A stretch of 32,000 nucleotides of DNA from Copranaerobaculum intestinale. Lineage in GTDB: Bacteria; Bacillota_I; Bacilli_A; Erysipelotrichales; Erysipelotrichaceae. Positions 1 through 7,816 of the stretch are shown piece by piece (within the stretch, counting starts at the first letter, position 1; each line of letters opens with the position of its first letter). The stretch spans positions 13,831 to 45,830 of the forward strand of contig NZ_WUUQ01000008.1 in the NCBI RefSeq assembly GCF_009831105.1, read 5' to 3'. Made by a program: the position numbers and the translations under genes. Under the pieces are notes generated by a model, which saw nothing but the letters and a program-made list of their open reading frames with translations, had not been told where the DNA came from and made no database searches.

Positions 1-465
1 AGGATGAATAAAGAATCAAGCATAGGCTTTATGGGGCTGATTTATCCATGTGTGCAGCTGCGGGAATCCACGGCATATCCATGGGATGGCAAAGCGTATA
101 AGATAAAACAGGACCACAAGGAAATTGTAGAAAGTCTGTTGTCGCTGAGAGCAGCTATGCTGGTGATTGAAGCCTTATATCTGAAACAACAGGGAAAAGC
201 GGATGATCCGTTAGTATCTCCCATCTACACAAAGGATTATCGAGTATTCCCTCCATCGCTGGTCGTGACGGCAGAATATGATTATCTGCGGCTGCAGGGT
301 GAACGCTTTGCCCAAAATTTGTGTGAACAGGGAAGGCCGGTGCGGTGCATCCGCTATGACGGTATGGAGCATGCGTTTATGGATCGGCTGGGAACTTATC
401 CGCAGGCTGAAAAGGTATTGGATGATATTGCGGAAACGATGAAATCACATTTTCAAAATTTTTGA
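1..465 (+). CDS. alpha/beta hydrolase, Abhydrolase_3 (HSL-like esterase/lipase) family, C-terminal part; 5' end lies off-window
   Basis: Frame 1 is open from base 1. The C-terminal segment VVTAEYDYLRLQGERFA...IRYDGMEHAF matches the catalytic Asp and His contexts of fold-3 esterases. Confidence 0.7.
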   Translation, partial: RMNKESSIGFMGLIYPCVQLRESTAYPWDGKAYKIKQDHKEIVESLLSLRAAMLVIEALYLKQQGKADDPLVSPIYTKDYRVFPPSLVVTAEYDYLRLQGERFAQNLCEQGRPVRCIRYDGMEHAFMDRLGTYPQAEKVLDDIAETMKSHFQNF

Positions 466-475
466 CAGCGGATGA

Positions 476-484
476 TGCTATAAT
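476..484 (+). promoter_or_regulatory. extended -10 promoter element TGCTATAAT for the AKR/ECF-S/DUF1893 operon
   Basis: TGcTATAAT read directly at 476-484, about 26 nt upstream of ATG 510. It argues against the longer 462 start. Confidence 0.5.
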
Positions 485-509
485 AAAGATAACGGAAAGA
501 AGGGAAAAG

Positions 510-1646
510 ATGGAAAGACGAACTTGGGAGAAATTAGGAATAGAAACGTCCTTGCTGGGCTTTGGATGCATGCGGTTTCCGACAAATGATGAAGGAAAGA
601 TTGATGAGGTACGTTCTGAAGCGCTGATTGATCAGGCAATCACAAGCGGTGTAACGTACATTGATACTGCCTATCCGTATCACGATGGAGAAAGTGAACC
701 GTTTTTGGGGAAGGTATTAAAGAAATACGATCGTCATTCATTCACGCTGGCGACCAAGCTGCCGCTTTGGGATATCAAGACAAGGGAAGAAGCAGAAACA
801 CTGTTTCACGCACAGCTGGATCGGCTTCAGGTAGATTATGTGGATTTTTATCTGCTGCACTCATTGGATAAAGGAAAATGGAAGAAGGTCAAGGAGCTTG
901 GCATTCTGGAGTATTTAGAAAGTATGCGTGAAGCTGGAAAGCTTCGCTATATCGGTTTTTCATTTCACGATACGTACGAAGTATTTGAGGAAATTCTCAC
1001 GGATCGAAACTGGGATTTCTGTCAGATGCAGCTGAATTACATGGATGTGGATCATCAGCAGGGAATGCGCGGTTATCGGCTTGCAGAGAAGCTGAATATT
1101 CCGGTTGTAATCATGGAACCTAATAAAGGCGGCATGCTGGCACGGCTGCCGCAGGATATCGCTTCCATATTGAAAGCGGTTGATCCAAATGCGAGCATGG
1201 CCAGCTGGTCAATGCGATGGATTGCATCACTGCCGAATATTAAAGTAGTTTTAAGCGGGATGAGCGATGAGCAGCAGGTAGCGGATAATCTGAAGACTTT
1301 TTCACCGTTTCACGCTTTATCTGATTATGAGTTGGAAACGGTAGCGAAGGTGAAGCAGGCAATCGAAGAACGCACCAAAGTAGGCTGTACGGCATGCGGC
1401 TACTGTATGCCTTGCCCGCAAGGTATCAACATACCGAAGAATTTTAAGGTTTGGAACACCTATTCGATGTATGAGAATGCCGAAGCCGCGGTACATTCTG
1501 TGGAAGCGCTGAAAAAAGAACATGCGTTCGCATCAGCATGTATCCGCTGCGGTGCTTGTGAAGCAATGTGTCCGCAGCATATTGATATCCGTAATCAATT
1601 AGCCGCAGCCGCAGCCTGTCTTGAAGCATTGGCAGTGAAAGGATAA
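510..1646 (+). CDS. aldo/keto reductase fused to a C-terminal 4Fe-4S ferredoxin-type domain (COG1453-like oxidoreductase)
   Basis: The AKR N-terminus is LGFGCMRFP...IDTAYPYHDGESE. Two Cys clusters are present: CTACGYCMPCP and CIRCGACEAMCP. ATG 510 is preferred over 462 because a purine-rich SD (GGAAAGAAGGGAAAAG) precedes it and the -10 element lies at 476-484. Confidence 0.85.
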   Translation: MERRTWEKLGIETSLLGFGCMRFPTNDEGKIDEVRSEALIDQAITSGVTYIDTAYPYHDGESEPFLGKVLKKYDRHSFTLATKLPLWDIKTREEAETLFHAQLDRLQVDYVDFYLLHSLDKGKWKKVKELGILEYLESMREAGKLRYIGFSFHDTYEVFEEILTDRNWDFCQMQLNYMDVDHQQGMRGYRLAEKLNIPVVIMEPNKGGMLARLPQDIASILKAVDPNASMASWSMRWIASLPNIKVVLSGMSDEQQVADNLKTFSPFHALSDYELETVAKVKQAIEERTKVGCTACGYCMPCPQGINIPKNFKVWNTYSMYENAEAAVHSVEALKKEHAFASACIRCGACEAMCPQHIDIRNQLAAAAACLEALAVKG

Positions 1647-1649
1647 TGT

Positions 1650-2159
1650 ATGAATAATATTCAGAAACTGGTTAGCGCAGCGCTGTTAATGGCAGTAGGC
1701 GTGCTATTGCCGATCGTATTTCATTCAGTTGGCGGCATGGCTGTCGGCACATTATTACTGCCGATGCATTTACCGATCTTGATCGCGGGAGCGTTGCTGG
1801 GTTGGGAATATGGTCTGTTATGTGCGATCATCACCCCGCTTGTCAGCTTTATGACAACCGGTATGCCGATGCTTGCAAAGCTGCCGTATATGATGGCGGA
1901 ACTCATTTGTTATGGCATCATCATTGCCCTGTTGTATAAGAAAACAAATAAATTGTTACTTTCATTATTGGCGGCGCAGCTCATCGGGCGAGCGGTTTAT
2001 GCATTGCTGCTGTTTGGTACGGCACTGCTATTCAACTGGCAAAATGTATCGGCAATTACGGTATGGACAGCTTTTATAACAGGGCTGCCAGGTATTGTGC
2101 TGCAGTGGGTGCTGGTGCCGCTTGTAATCTCAGCCATTAAGCGGGAGCGCTGTTTATGA
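1650..2159 (+). CDS. ECF transporter S-component (substrate-capture membrane protein), substrate unassigned
   Basis: 169 aa, entirely hydrophobic with about 5-6 TM segments. Size and pattern are typical of PF12822-like S components. It starts 3 nt after the AKR stop, and no EcfA/A'/T genes occur in the window. Confidence 0.65.
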   Translation: MNNIQKLVSAALLMAVGVLLPIVFHSVGGMAVGTLLLPMHLPILIAGALLGWEYGLLCAIITPLVSFMTTGMPMLAKLPYMMAELICYGIIIALLYKKTNKLLLSLLAAQLIGRAVYALLLFGTALLFNWQNVSAITVWTAFITGLPGIVLQWVLVPLVISAIKRERCL

Positions 2160-2545
2160 ACGCAAAAGATTATCTGACGCAGGGGGTAACATGCGCGCTC
2201 ATTCAAAACGACCGGCTGTATCAGGCACATACCTCGGGCATTCAGCCCTTAATGGATTGGCTGAAGGAAGAATCCTGCCCGTTATCAAACGGTGATGTGG
2301 CTGACCGGGTCGTTGGTAAGGCGGCAGCGATGCTGTTCCGCTATGCCGGGATTCGTTCACTCTATGCCGAAGTTATCAGTGAACATGCGCTTCAGGCTCT
2401 AAAGAACAGCAATATCACAGTTTGTTATGGTAAACGGGTTCCCTATATCATTAACCGGCGCCATGACGGCATGTGTCCGATGGAAAGTCTGGTATTGCAT
2501 GAAACCGATCCGCAGCGAGCTTATGAAATACTGAAGCAGAAATAA
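2156..2545 (+). CDS. DUF1893 (TM1506-like) domain protein
   Basis: 129 aa with RVVGKAAAML...VISEHALQAL...INRRHDGMCPME, which I recognise as the DUF1893 pattern. Its start overlaps the preceding stop (ATGA at 2156-2159). Confidence 0.65.
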   Translation: MNAKDYLTQGVTCALIQNDRLYQAHTSGIQPLMDWLKEESCPLSNGDVADRVVGKAAAMLFRYAGIRSLYAEVISEHALQALKNSNITVCYGKRVPYIINRRHDGMCPMESLVLHETDPQRAYEILKQK

Positions 2546-2561
2546 TTTTCTGCTTTTTTTA
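2534..2561 (+). terminator. rho-independent terminator of the AKR/ECF-S/DUF1893 operon
   Basis: Stem AGCAGAAA / TTTCTGCT (2535-2542 / 2547-2554), loop TAAT that contains part of the stop codon, followed by a T7 run. Confidence 0.8.
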
Positions 2562-2571
2562 TCGTCAACAC

Positions 2572-2600
2572 TTTACAATAAAACAATGTTATGCTAGTAT
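2572..2600 (+). promoter_or_regulatory. sigmaA-type promoter TTTACA-17-TAGTAT upstream of the yhbD-like gene
   Basis: -35 TTTACA at 2572-2577, 17-nt spacer, -10 TAGTAT at 2595-2600. Confidence 0.5.
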
Positions 2601-2624
2601 ATATTTGTAAACAGAACAATGTTA
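2582..2624 (+). repeat. 10-bp direct repeat AACAATGTTA x2 (2582-2591 and 2615-2624), candidate operator
   Basis: Exact 10-mer seen twice, 33 bp apart start to start. Copy 1 lies in the -35/-10 spacer and copy 2 lies just before the SD. Confidence 0.45.
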
Positions 2625-2637
2625 CATGAGGTGGCAT

Positions 2638-3273
2638 ATGGAAATATCAAAAAAAGAGCTATTACAGATGACAGGAATCTCTTATGGACAGCTGTATCGC
2701 TGGAAGCGTGAGAAATTGATTCCGGAAGAATGGTTTCATAAACAGTCTTCCTATACCGGACAGGAAACGTTTTTTCCTAAAGAAAAAATACTCAGCAGGA
2801 TCGAACGTATTCAGCAGCTGAAGGATCAATACTCATTGGAAGAAATGGCCAGGATGCTGTCGCCGGAAGCAAGTGAACGGCTGTTTCATGAAGAAGATCT
2901 GGAGGTCTTCAATGAGATCGATGTTGAATTGACGGCAACCCTAATGGACGCCTTTTCAAAAGATGAGTTTACCTTTGTGGAAATTCTGCTGATGATCGCA
3001 CTGTCGATGATCCGTCAGGAATTCTCGTTAGCGGATGATCAGGTGCATGAAATGGTTGAAAATATTTTGCCGGCGCTGCAGGAGATTCATACCAGTGATT
3101 ACGATGTATACATGTATGAGATTCAGGGCGCTCACTGTATCCTTATGGTGAAGGAGGGGACGGTTTTGTATCTGGACGGACGCATGAAGGTGTTGAAGCG
3201 AATCAGATTGACTGAGCTGTCTGATACAATACGTACAAAATATCAAAGTCAATTCCACTTTGTGCTGGACTAG
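2638..3273 (+). CDS. DUF4004 family protein (B. subtilis YhbD-like) with an N-terminal MerR-like helix-turn-helix
   Basis: The N-terminus MEISKKELLQMTGISYGQLYRWKREKLIPEEWF is the MerR-type HTH signature of YhbD/DUF4004. ATG 2638 is preferred because SD GAGGTGG lies 3-9 nt upstream. Confidence 0.75.
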   Translation: MEISKKELLQMTGISYGQLYRWKREKLIPEEWFHKQSSYTGQETFFPKEKILSRIERIQQLKDQYSLEEMARMLSPEASERLFHEEDLEVFNEIDVELTATLMDAFSKDEFTFVEILLMIALSMIRQEFSLADDQVHEMVENILPALQEIHTSDYDVYMYEIQGAHCILMVKEGTVLYLDGRMKVLKRIRLTELSDTIRTKYQSQFHFVLD

Positions 3274-3282
3274 GAGGATGTT

Positions 3283-3918
3283 ATGATGGATTACAGAAAA
3301 ATGGAAATCAACGGAGCCGGCAGTGTAACCGGCGGAGAGTATGATCGGATCGAAATTAACGGTTCCGGTAAAATCAAGGGCGATGTGAAATTTGATTACG
3401 GAGAAATCAACGGCACCTGTAAATGTTTAGGAAAAATGAATGGGCGCATCCTTGAAGTGAATGGCAGTCTGAAAGTTGAAAACGATATTAAAATAGGGAA
3501 ATTGGAAGTTAACGGCATCTATACATCCTTGAAGAATAAAGTATACGCAGATCGCATCAGTGTTTCCGGATGGATGAAAACCGAGGGAGAAATCAGTGCT
3601 GATTACATCGAGGTTGATGGCCGTATCTCTGCGGAAAGCATTGTCGGTGATGTTATCAAAATCCATAATTTACGCGGTATCAGTATTTTGGGGTTCAATT
3701 TATTCTCAAGCCCGATACCAAATCAAAGCTGTGCAGATAATATCGAATGTACATCCTTTCAGGCGGAGCATATCTGCTGCAAACGGATCGAAGCTCAAAA
3801 TATCAAGCTGTCGCGCAAGTGCGATGTTGAAGAAGTGTACTGCGATGGAACACTGCGCTATGATGCGTCTTGCCGCATTGGTAAAATCAACGGGGACTGT
3901 ACGATCATCAATGACTGA
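3283..3918 (+). CDS. polymer-forming cytoskeletal (bactofilin/DUF583-like, YhbE/YhbF-like) protein with a Cys-rich C-terminal region
   Basis: E(I/V)NG-type beta-helix turns recur every 13-18 residues (MEINGAG, IEINGSG, GEINGTC, LEVNGSL, LEVNGIY, IEVDGRI). SD AGGAGG sits 5 nt upstream, and the gene starts 9 nt after the yhbD-like stop. Confidence 0.7.
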   Translation: MMDYRKMEINGAGSVTGGEYDRIEINGSGKIKGDVKFDYGEINGTCKCLGKMNGRILEVNGSLKVENDIKIGKLEVNGIYTSLKNKVYADRISVSGWMKTEGEISADYIEVDGRISAESIVGDVIKIHNLRGISILGFNLFSSPIPNQSCADNIECTSFQAEHICCKRIEAQNIKLSRKCDVEEVYCDGTLRYDASCRIGKINGDCTIIND

Positions 3919-3943
3919 AATAAGGGGAAACCCTTATTTTTTT
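3919..3943 (+). terminator. rho-independent terminator
   Basis: AATAAGGG-GAAA-CCCTTATT followed by a T run. Confidence 0.8.
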
Positions 3944-4000
3944 AAAAACAGAGAATACAATTAAAATGATCAAAAATGACCTTTTCAAACAAAAGGTTTA

Positions 4001-4009
4001 TGCTATAAT
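4001..4009 (+). promoter_or_regulatory. extended -10 element TGCTATAAT upstream of the yitT-like gene
   Basis: Read directly. It lies 29 nt upstream of ATG 4038 and supports the shorter start. Confidence 0.5.
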
Positions 4010-4037
4010 TACTCGCGTACGAAAAGGAGGCGATGTT

Positions 4038-4913
4038 ATGCCGCTTAAAAAAATTGATGAGTTAAGTGAATATGCAATGATCATCTTCGGTGCATTTTTA
4101 TTTGCACTGGCCTGTAATGCGTTTATCATTCCTTTAGACCTGTATAACGGCGGGGCGATGGGTATTGCCCAGCTTTTGCGTACCATGATCATGAGCGGTG
4201 TAGGTACCAATGCCTTCGGCGGAATGGATATTACCGGACTGCTGAACTTAGCCTTGAATGTGCCGCTGTTAATTATCGCTTATCGCAGCATCTCTCGTAA
4301 GTTCTTTGTCAAAACAATTCTATGTGTAATTTGTCAGACCGTATTTTTGACGCTGATCCCCATACCTGTCACACCGATCCTTACAGATCTGCTGGCTGCC
4401 TGCTTGATCGGCGGCATCATTGCCGGAGTTGGTATCGGATTGACACTGCGGGCCGGCGGAAGCAGCGGAGGGGTGGATATTCTCGGCGTTCTGTTCACCT
4501 TGCGCTATTCATCCTTCAGTGTCGGCAAGCTCGGTATCATTGTGAATGCCTTTGTCTATCTGGTGTGTGCGATGATGTTTGAGCTTCCGGTTGCAATTTA
4601 TTCCATTATCTATACGGCATGCATGTCGCTGGTCGTAGATAAGATCCATTATCAGAATATCAATATGACTGCTATGATCTTTACCAAGAAACCAAACGTG
4701 GATAAGGAGCTGATGCGGGAATTGAACCGCGGCGTCACCTACTGGCAGGGCAGCGGATCCTATACCGATGAGGATACCTTTATCATCGTTACCGTAGTAT
4801 CCAAATATGAAGAAGCAAAATTGAAACGGCTGATGCATGGACTTGATCCGCAGGCATTTATTATCTTCAACGAAGGCTTGAGTGTCAGCGGAAACTTTCA
4901 AAAGCGATTATAA
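4038..4913 (+). CDS. YitT family membrane protein (YitT membrane domain plus C-terminal DUF2179)
   Basis: Polytopic N-terminus, then a soluble C-terminus with GVTYWQGSGSYTDEDTFIIVTVVSKYE that is typical of DUF2179. SD AAAGGAGG lies 7 nt before ATG 4038. Confidence 0.8.
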   Translation: MPLKKIDELSEYAMIIFGAFLFALACNAFIIPLDLYNGGAMGIAQLLRTMIMSGVGTNAFGGMDITGLLNLALNVPLLIIAYRSISRKFFVKTILCVICQTVFLTLIPIPVTPILTDLLAACLIGGIIAGVGIGLTLRAGGSSGGVDILGVLFTLRYSSFSVGKLGIIVNAFVYLVCAMMFELPVAIYSIIYTACMSLVVDKIHYQNINMTAMIFTKKPNVDKELMRELNRGVTYWQGSGSYTDEDTFIIVTVVSKYEEAKLKRLMHGLDPQAFIIFNEGLSVSGNFQKRL

Positions 4914-4944
4914 AAAGGCAGGATTCATCATATCCTGCCTTTAA
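4912..4944. terminator. bidirectional terminator between the convergent yitT-like gene and coaX
   Basis: Stem AAGGCAGGAT / ATCCTGCCTT (4915-4924 / 4932-4941), flanked by an A run on the left and T residues on the right. Confidence 0.8.
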
Positions 4945-5717
4945 TGTTCCAAACCTTTATATTTTTCGTAAATGATCTTTAATCCCTTAAAGGTTAAATC
5001 CGGATCATAAATATCGATCATGCTTGTTTCGTTACAGATGATCCTTCCCAGTCCCCCGGTTGCGATAACCTTCATATCCACCTTCAGTGCTTCCTTGAAT
5101 TTACGGATAATGTATTCACTTTGACCGACATAACCATAGACAAGGCCTGCCTGCATGGAAGTTACGGTATTCTTTGCCAGAATAGATGTCGGCTTTTTAA
5201 TTTCAATTTCCTGCAGTTTAGCTGCCTGCGTCCATAATGCTTGGGCACTGATTTCAATTCCAGGGGCGATAACACCATACTGGAACGTTGTATCCGCAGC
5301 GATAAAGTCATAGGTGGTTGCGGTACCAAAGTCAATAATCAGAACCGGCCCGCCATACGTGTAGTAAGCTCCTGCCGCATCTACGATACGGTCTGCTCCC
5401 AGTGAACGCGGTGAATCAGTCTGTATCGAAATACCAGTACGAATACCGGGCCCGATGATGATTGGTTCCTTATCCAAATATTTGCGGATACCGTTATTGA
5501 AAGAGTGCATGACCTTAGGTACGACACTGGATATGATTACATCCTCGATGAATTCCTTGATCACATTATGCACGGTCATGAAGGTTAACAGAGCCATGCC
5601 GTATTCATCGCTGGTGCGTTTAGCCTTGGTATTCAGGCGGTAATTACCAATCAGGTTTTCTTTGTCGTAGATACCCATGGTGATATTGGTGTTGCCGATG
5701 TCGATTACTAATAACAT
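4941..5717 (-). CDS. coaX: type III pantothenate kinase
   Basis: MLLVIDIGNTNITMGIY... and GADRIVDA...IIDFGTATT are ASKHA-fold CoaX signatures. The gene starts 5 nt downstream of coaBC. Confidence 0.92.
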   Translation of the reverse strand: MLLVIDIGNTNITMGIYDKENLIGNYRLNTKAKRTSDEYGMALLTFMTVHNVIKEFIEDVIISSVVPKVMHSFNNGIRKYLDKEPIIIGPGIRTGISIQTDSPRSLGADRIVDAAGAYYTYGGPVLIIDFGTATTYDFIAADTTFQYGVIAPGIEISAQALWTQAAKLQEIEIKKPTSILAKNTVTSMQAGLVYGYVGQSEYIIRKFKEALKVDMKVIATGGLGRIICNETSMIDIYDPDLTFKGLKIIYEKYKGLEH

Positions 5718-5722
5718 ATAGG

Positions 5723-6922
5723 TTACCTCGTTGATTTCTGTGATATGCGATATAGACGCTTTAAAATTTCTTCAGCCACCGCATCCTTTGACATCAGTGG
5801 CAATTCCTCATACCCCTCAGGAGTTATCAGGGTCATAATATTCGTGTCGGACTGAAATCCCGCTCCCGGTGTCAGCAGATGATTGGCAGCCAGCATGTCG
5901 CAATGTTTTTTCTCGCATTTCGCGGCGGCATTTTCCAGCAGGTGTTCGGTTTCCATTGCGAATCCGCAAAGTATCTGATGATTTTCTTTATGTTCACCGA
6001 GCCATGCCAGAATATCCGGATTCTTAATCAGCTCCAGCTGCATCTTCTGATCCCGTTTTTTGATTTTTTGATCGGCTATCTTGACGCTGGCGTAATCCGC
6101 GACCGCTGCGGCCATGAGGATCATATCCTGGTCTTGATAGCATGTCTGCACTTCTTTCAGTAATTCTTTTGCGCTGTGAATGAATATTTTATGAACATCA
6201 AACGGTGGAGTGAGGGAGACCGGACCGCTGATCAGAGTAACCTCAGCGCCGGCCCGCTTTGCCATTTTGGCGAGCGCGTAGCCCATTTTCCCACTGGAGT
6301 GATTGGTGATAAAACGTACCGGATCGATTGCTTCCTCAGTAGGTCCGGCCGTTATCAGCACTTTTTTGCCTTTTAGGTAATGATCAGAATATAAAGCATC
6401 TTCAATAGCTTCTATAATTTGGTTCAGATCAGCCAGCTTGCCTTTGCCTACATCACCGCAGGCAAGTCTTCCTTCATTTGGTTCGACCAGTTTCATGCCA
6501 TAGCTGCGGCAGATTTCAAGATTCTTTTGGGTGATCGGATTTTCATACATGTGCGTATTCATTGCCGGGCAGATGATTTTCGGACAGTCTGCCGCCAAAA
6601 AGGTAGTAGTCAGCATATCATCGGCAAGTCCGTGTGCTACTTTCGCAATCAGATTGGCAGTGGCCGGCACAAGCACAAATACATCGGCCTTTCGTGCCAG
6701 TGCGATATGATGAACCTCCCGCATCGCCGGGGCAAATGTGTCGACGCTCACGTTATGATTGGTTAAAGCTTCAAAACTGAGCGGGGCAATGAAGGCGGTG
6801 GCATTCTTAGTCATAATGACTTCCACATCATAGCCAAGCTTAATTAAATCACTGGTCAGCTGCACGCTTTTGAAAGCCGCAACGCTGCTGGATACTCCTA
6901 ATACTACTGTTTGTTTTGCCAT
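5723..6922 (-). CDS. coaBC: bifunctional phosphopantothenoylcysteine decarboxylase / phosphopantothenate-cysteine ligase
   Basis: 399 aa. The N-terminal flavoprotein domain (VLGVSSSVAAFK...PATANLIAK) and C-terminal CoaB domain (ITAGPTEEAIDPVRFITNHSSGKMG) match Dfp/CoaBC. Confidence 0.92.
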   Translation of the reverse strand: MAKQTVVLGVSSSVAAFKSVQLTSDLIKLGYDVEVIMTKNATAFIAPLSFEALTNHNVSVDTFAPAMREVHHIALARKADVFVLVPATANLIAKVAHGLADDMLTTTFLAADCPKIICPAMNTHMYENPITQKNLEICRSYGMKLVEPNEGRLACGDVGKGKLADLNQIIEAIEDALYSDHYLKGKKVLITAGPTEEAIDPVRFITNHSSGKMGYALAKMAKRAGAEVTLISGPVSLTPPFDVHKIFIHSAKELLKEVQTCYQDQDMILMAAAVADYASVKIADQKIKKRDQKMQLELIKNPDILAWLGEHKENHQILCGFAMETEHLLENAAAKCEKKHCDMLAANHLLTPGAGFQSDTNIMTLITPEGYEELPLMSKDAVAEEILKRLYRISQKSTR

Positions 6923-6930
6923 AGATTACC

Positions 6931-7557
6931 TCACACAGAGCATTTCTTTATGATCGGGTGAATCGCCCGGATAACAACCATTACGATGAGTACGCCGCCG
7001 ATGGCTTCCACAATTCCGTTGGTTGTAATAATTCCCATGATAGCAGTTATTAAAACATCATAGCTGATATTGGTTGCGGCCGCATAGCTTTTTCCGAAGA
7101 AGAGATAGATACCCAGCATCACCAGTACCGTATTGGTCAGTGATCCGACAAACGCTGAAGCAGCCACGGCAGCATCCTGATTGCGAATCATCTTTTTCAT
7201 TTGCTGATACACCAAAGCTGCGAACACGCCGATCAGTATACGCGGTACCATGGCAATTATTACACTGTTGAAATTGCCGCTGAACGCGCCTACAGAATAG
7301 AACGGAGAGAATACAAAGGATGTCGGGGTCGGTGAGATCGTACCGATGATGATACTGCAAATACCGAAGACGGCTCCCATCGCAGCACCACCCTTGACAC
7401 CCAATACAATCCCGGCAATGATCACAGGGATATGCATGGTCGTCATGCGTACCGGCCCGATCGGGATGAACCCCAGCGGGGTAAACATCAGCACGAGCTG
7501 TACTGCCAGCAGCATTGCTAAAACTGCCATTCGAAAAACCTGATTCTTTTTTTTCAT
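6931..7557 (-). CDS. panT: ECF transporter S-component, probable pantothenate-specific (PanT)
   Basis: Hydrophobic protein of about 208 aa, 8 nt upstream of coaBC-coaX. PanT was originally assigned from this kind of co-localisation. ATG 7557 is preferred over GTG 7575 because SD GGAGG lies 5-6 nt upstream. Confidence 0.65.
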   Translation of the reverse strand: MKKKNQVFRMAVLAMLLAVQLVLMFTPLGFIPIGPVRMTTMHIPVIIAGIVLGVKGGAAMGAVFGICSIIIGTISPTPTSFVFSPFYSVGAFSGNFNSVIIAMVPRILIGVFAALVYQQMKKMIRNQDAAVAASAFVGSLTNTVLVMLGIYLFFGKSYAAATNISYDVLITAIMGIITTNGIVEAIGGVLIVMVVIRAIHPIIKKCSV

Positions 7558-7684
7558 TTTTTCCTCCACTGTCACTCTTACATAAGATGCAACGTATTGA
7601 AACGATGTCTATGCCCGGGCTTAGATACAATGGCTCGCTGTCGATCGATCAGCGGCGCTTCTAAGCGACCTGTAGACTTGAATA

Positions 7685-7713
7685 ATTATATACCTTTTCT
7701 GTTACTTAGACAA
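7685..7713 (-). promoter_or_regulatory. sigmaA-type promoter TTGTCT-17-TATAAT for panT-coaBC-coaX
   Basis: On the minus strand, -35 TTGTCT is at 7713-7708, the spacer is 17 nt, and -10 TATAAT is at 7690-7685. This implies a leader of about 120 nt. Confidence 0.55.
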
Positions 7714-7787
7714 TAAATTTTTACCAGTTTGAGGAAGCTCGTGAAACTTTGAACAAGTATAAAACCGCCATTGTATTTAGAATAGCG

Positions 7788-7796
7788 TGCTATAAT
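7788..7796 (+). promoter_or_regulatory. extended -10 element TGCTATAAT upstream of nnr
   Basis: Read directly, 21 nt upstream of ATG 7817. Confidence 0.5.
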
Positions 7797-7816
7797 AAGG
7801 GCAGAAGGTGATAAAT

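Noticed and set aside
462-509. Upstream extension of the AKR gene to ATG 462 (MTADDAIIKITERREK...)
   Set aside because: The extension overlaps the esterase stop, contains the TGCTATAAT -10 element, and is not part of the AKR fold. ATG 510 has a proper purine-rich SD.
3596-3964. 122-aa alternative-frame ORF inside the bactofilin-like gene
   Set aside because: It overlaps a CDS with clear periodic beta-helix motifs and has no SD. It reads through the terminator at 3919-3943.
7058-7630. 190-aa ORF on the minus strand overlapping panT in another frame
   Set aside because: It is on the same strand as the well-supported ECF S-component, in an alternative frame. Its composition is Arg/Cys/Gly-rich and non-protein-like, it has no SD, and it would run through the operon leader. 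It is a frame-shadow ORF.
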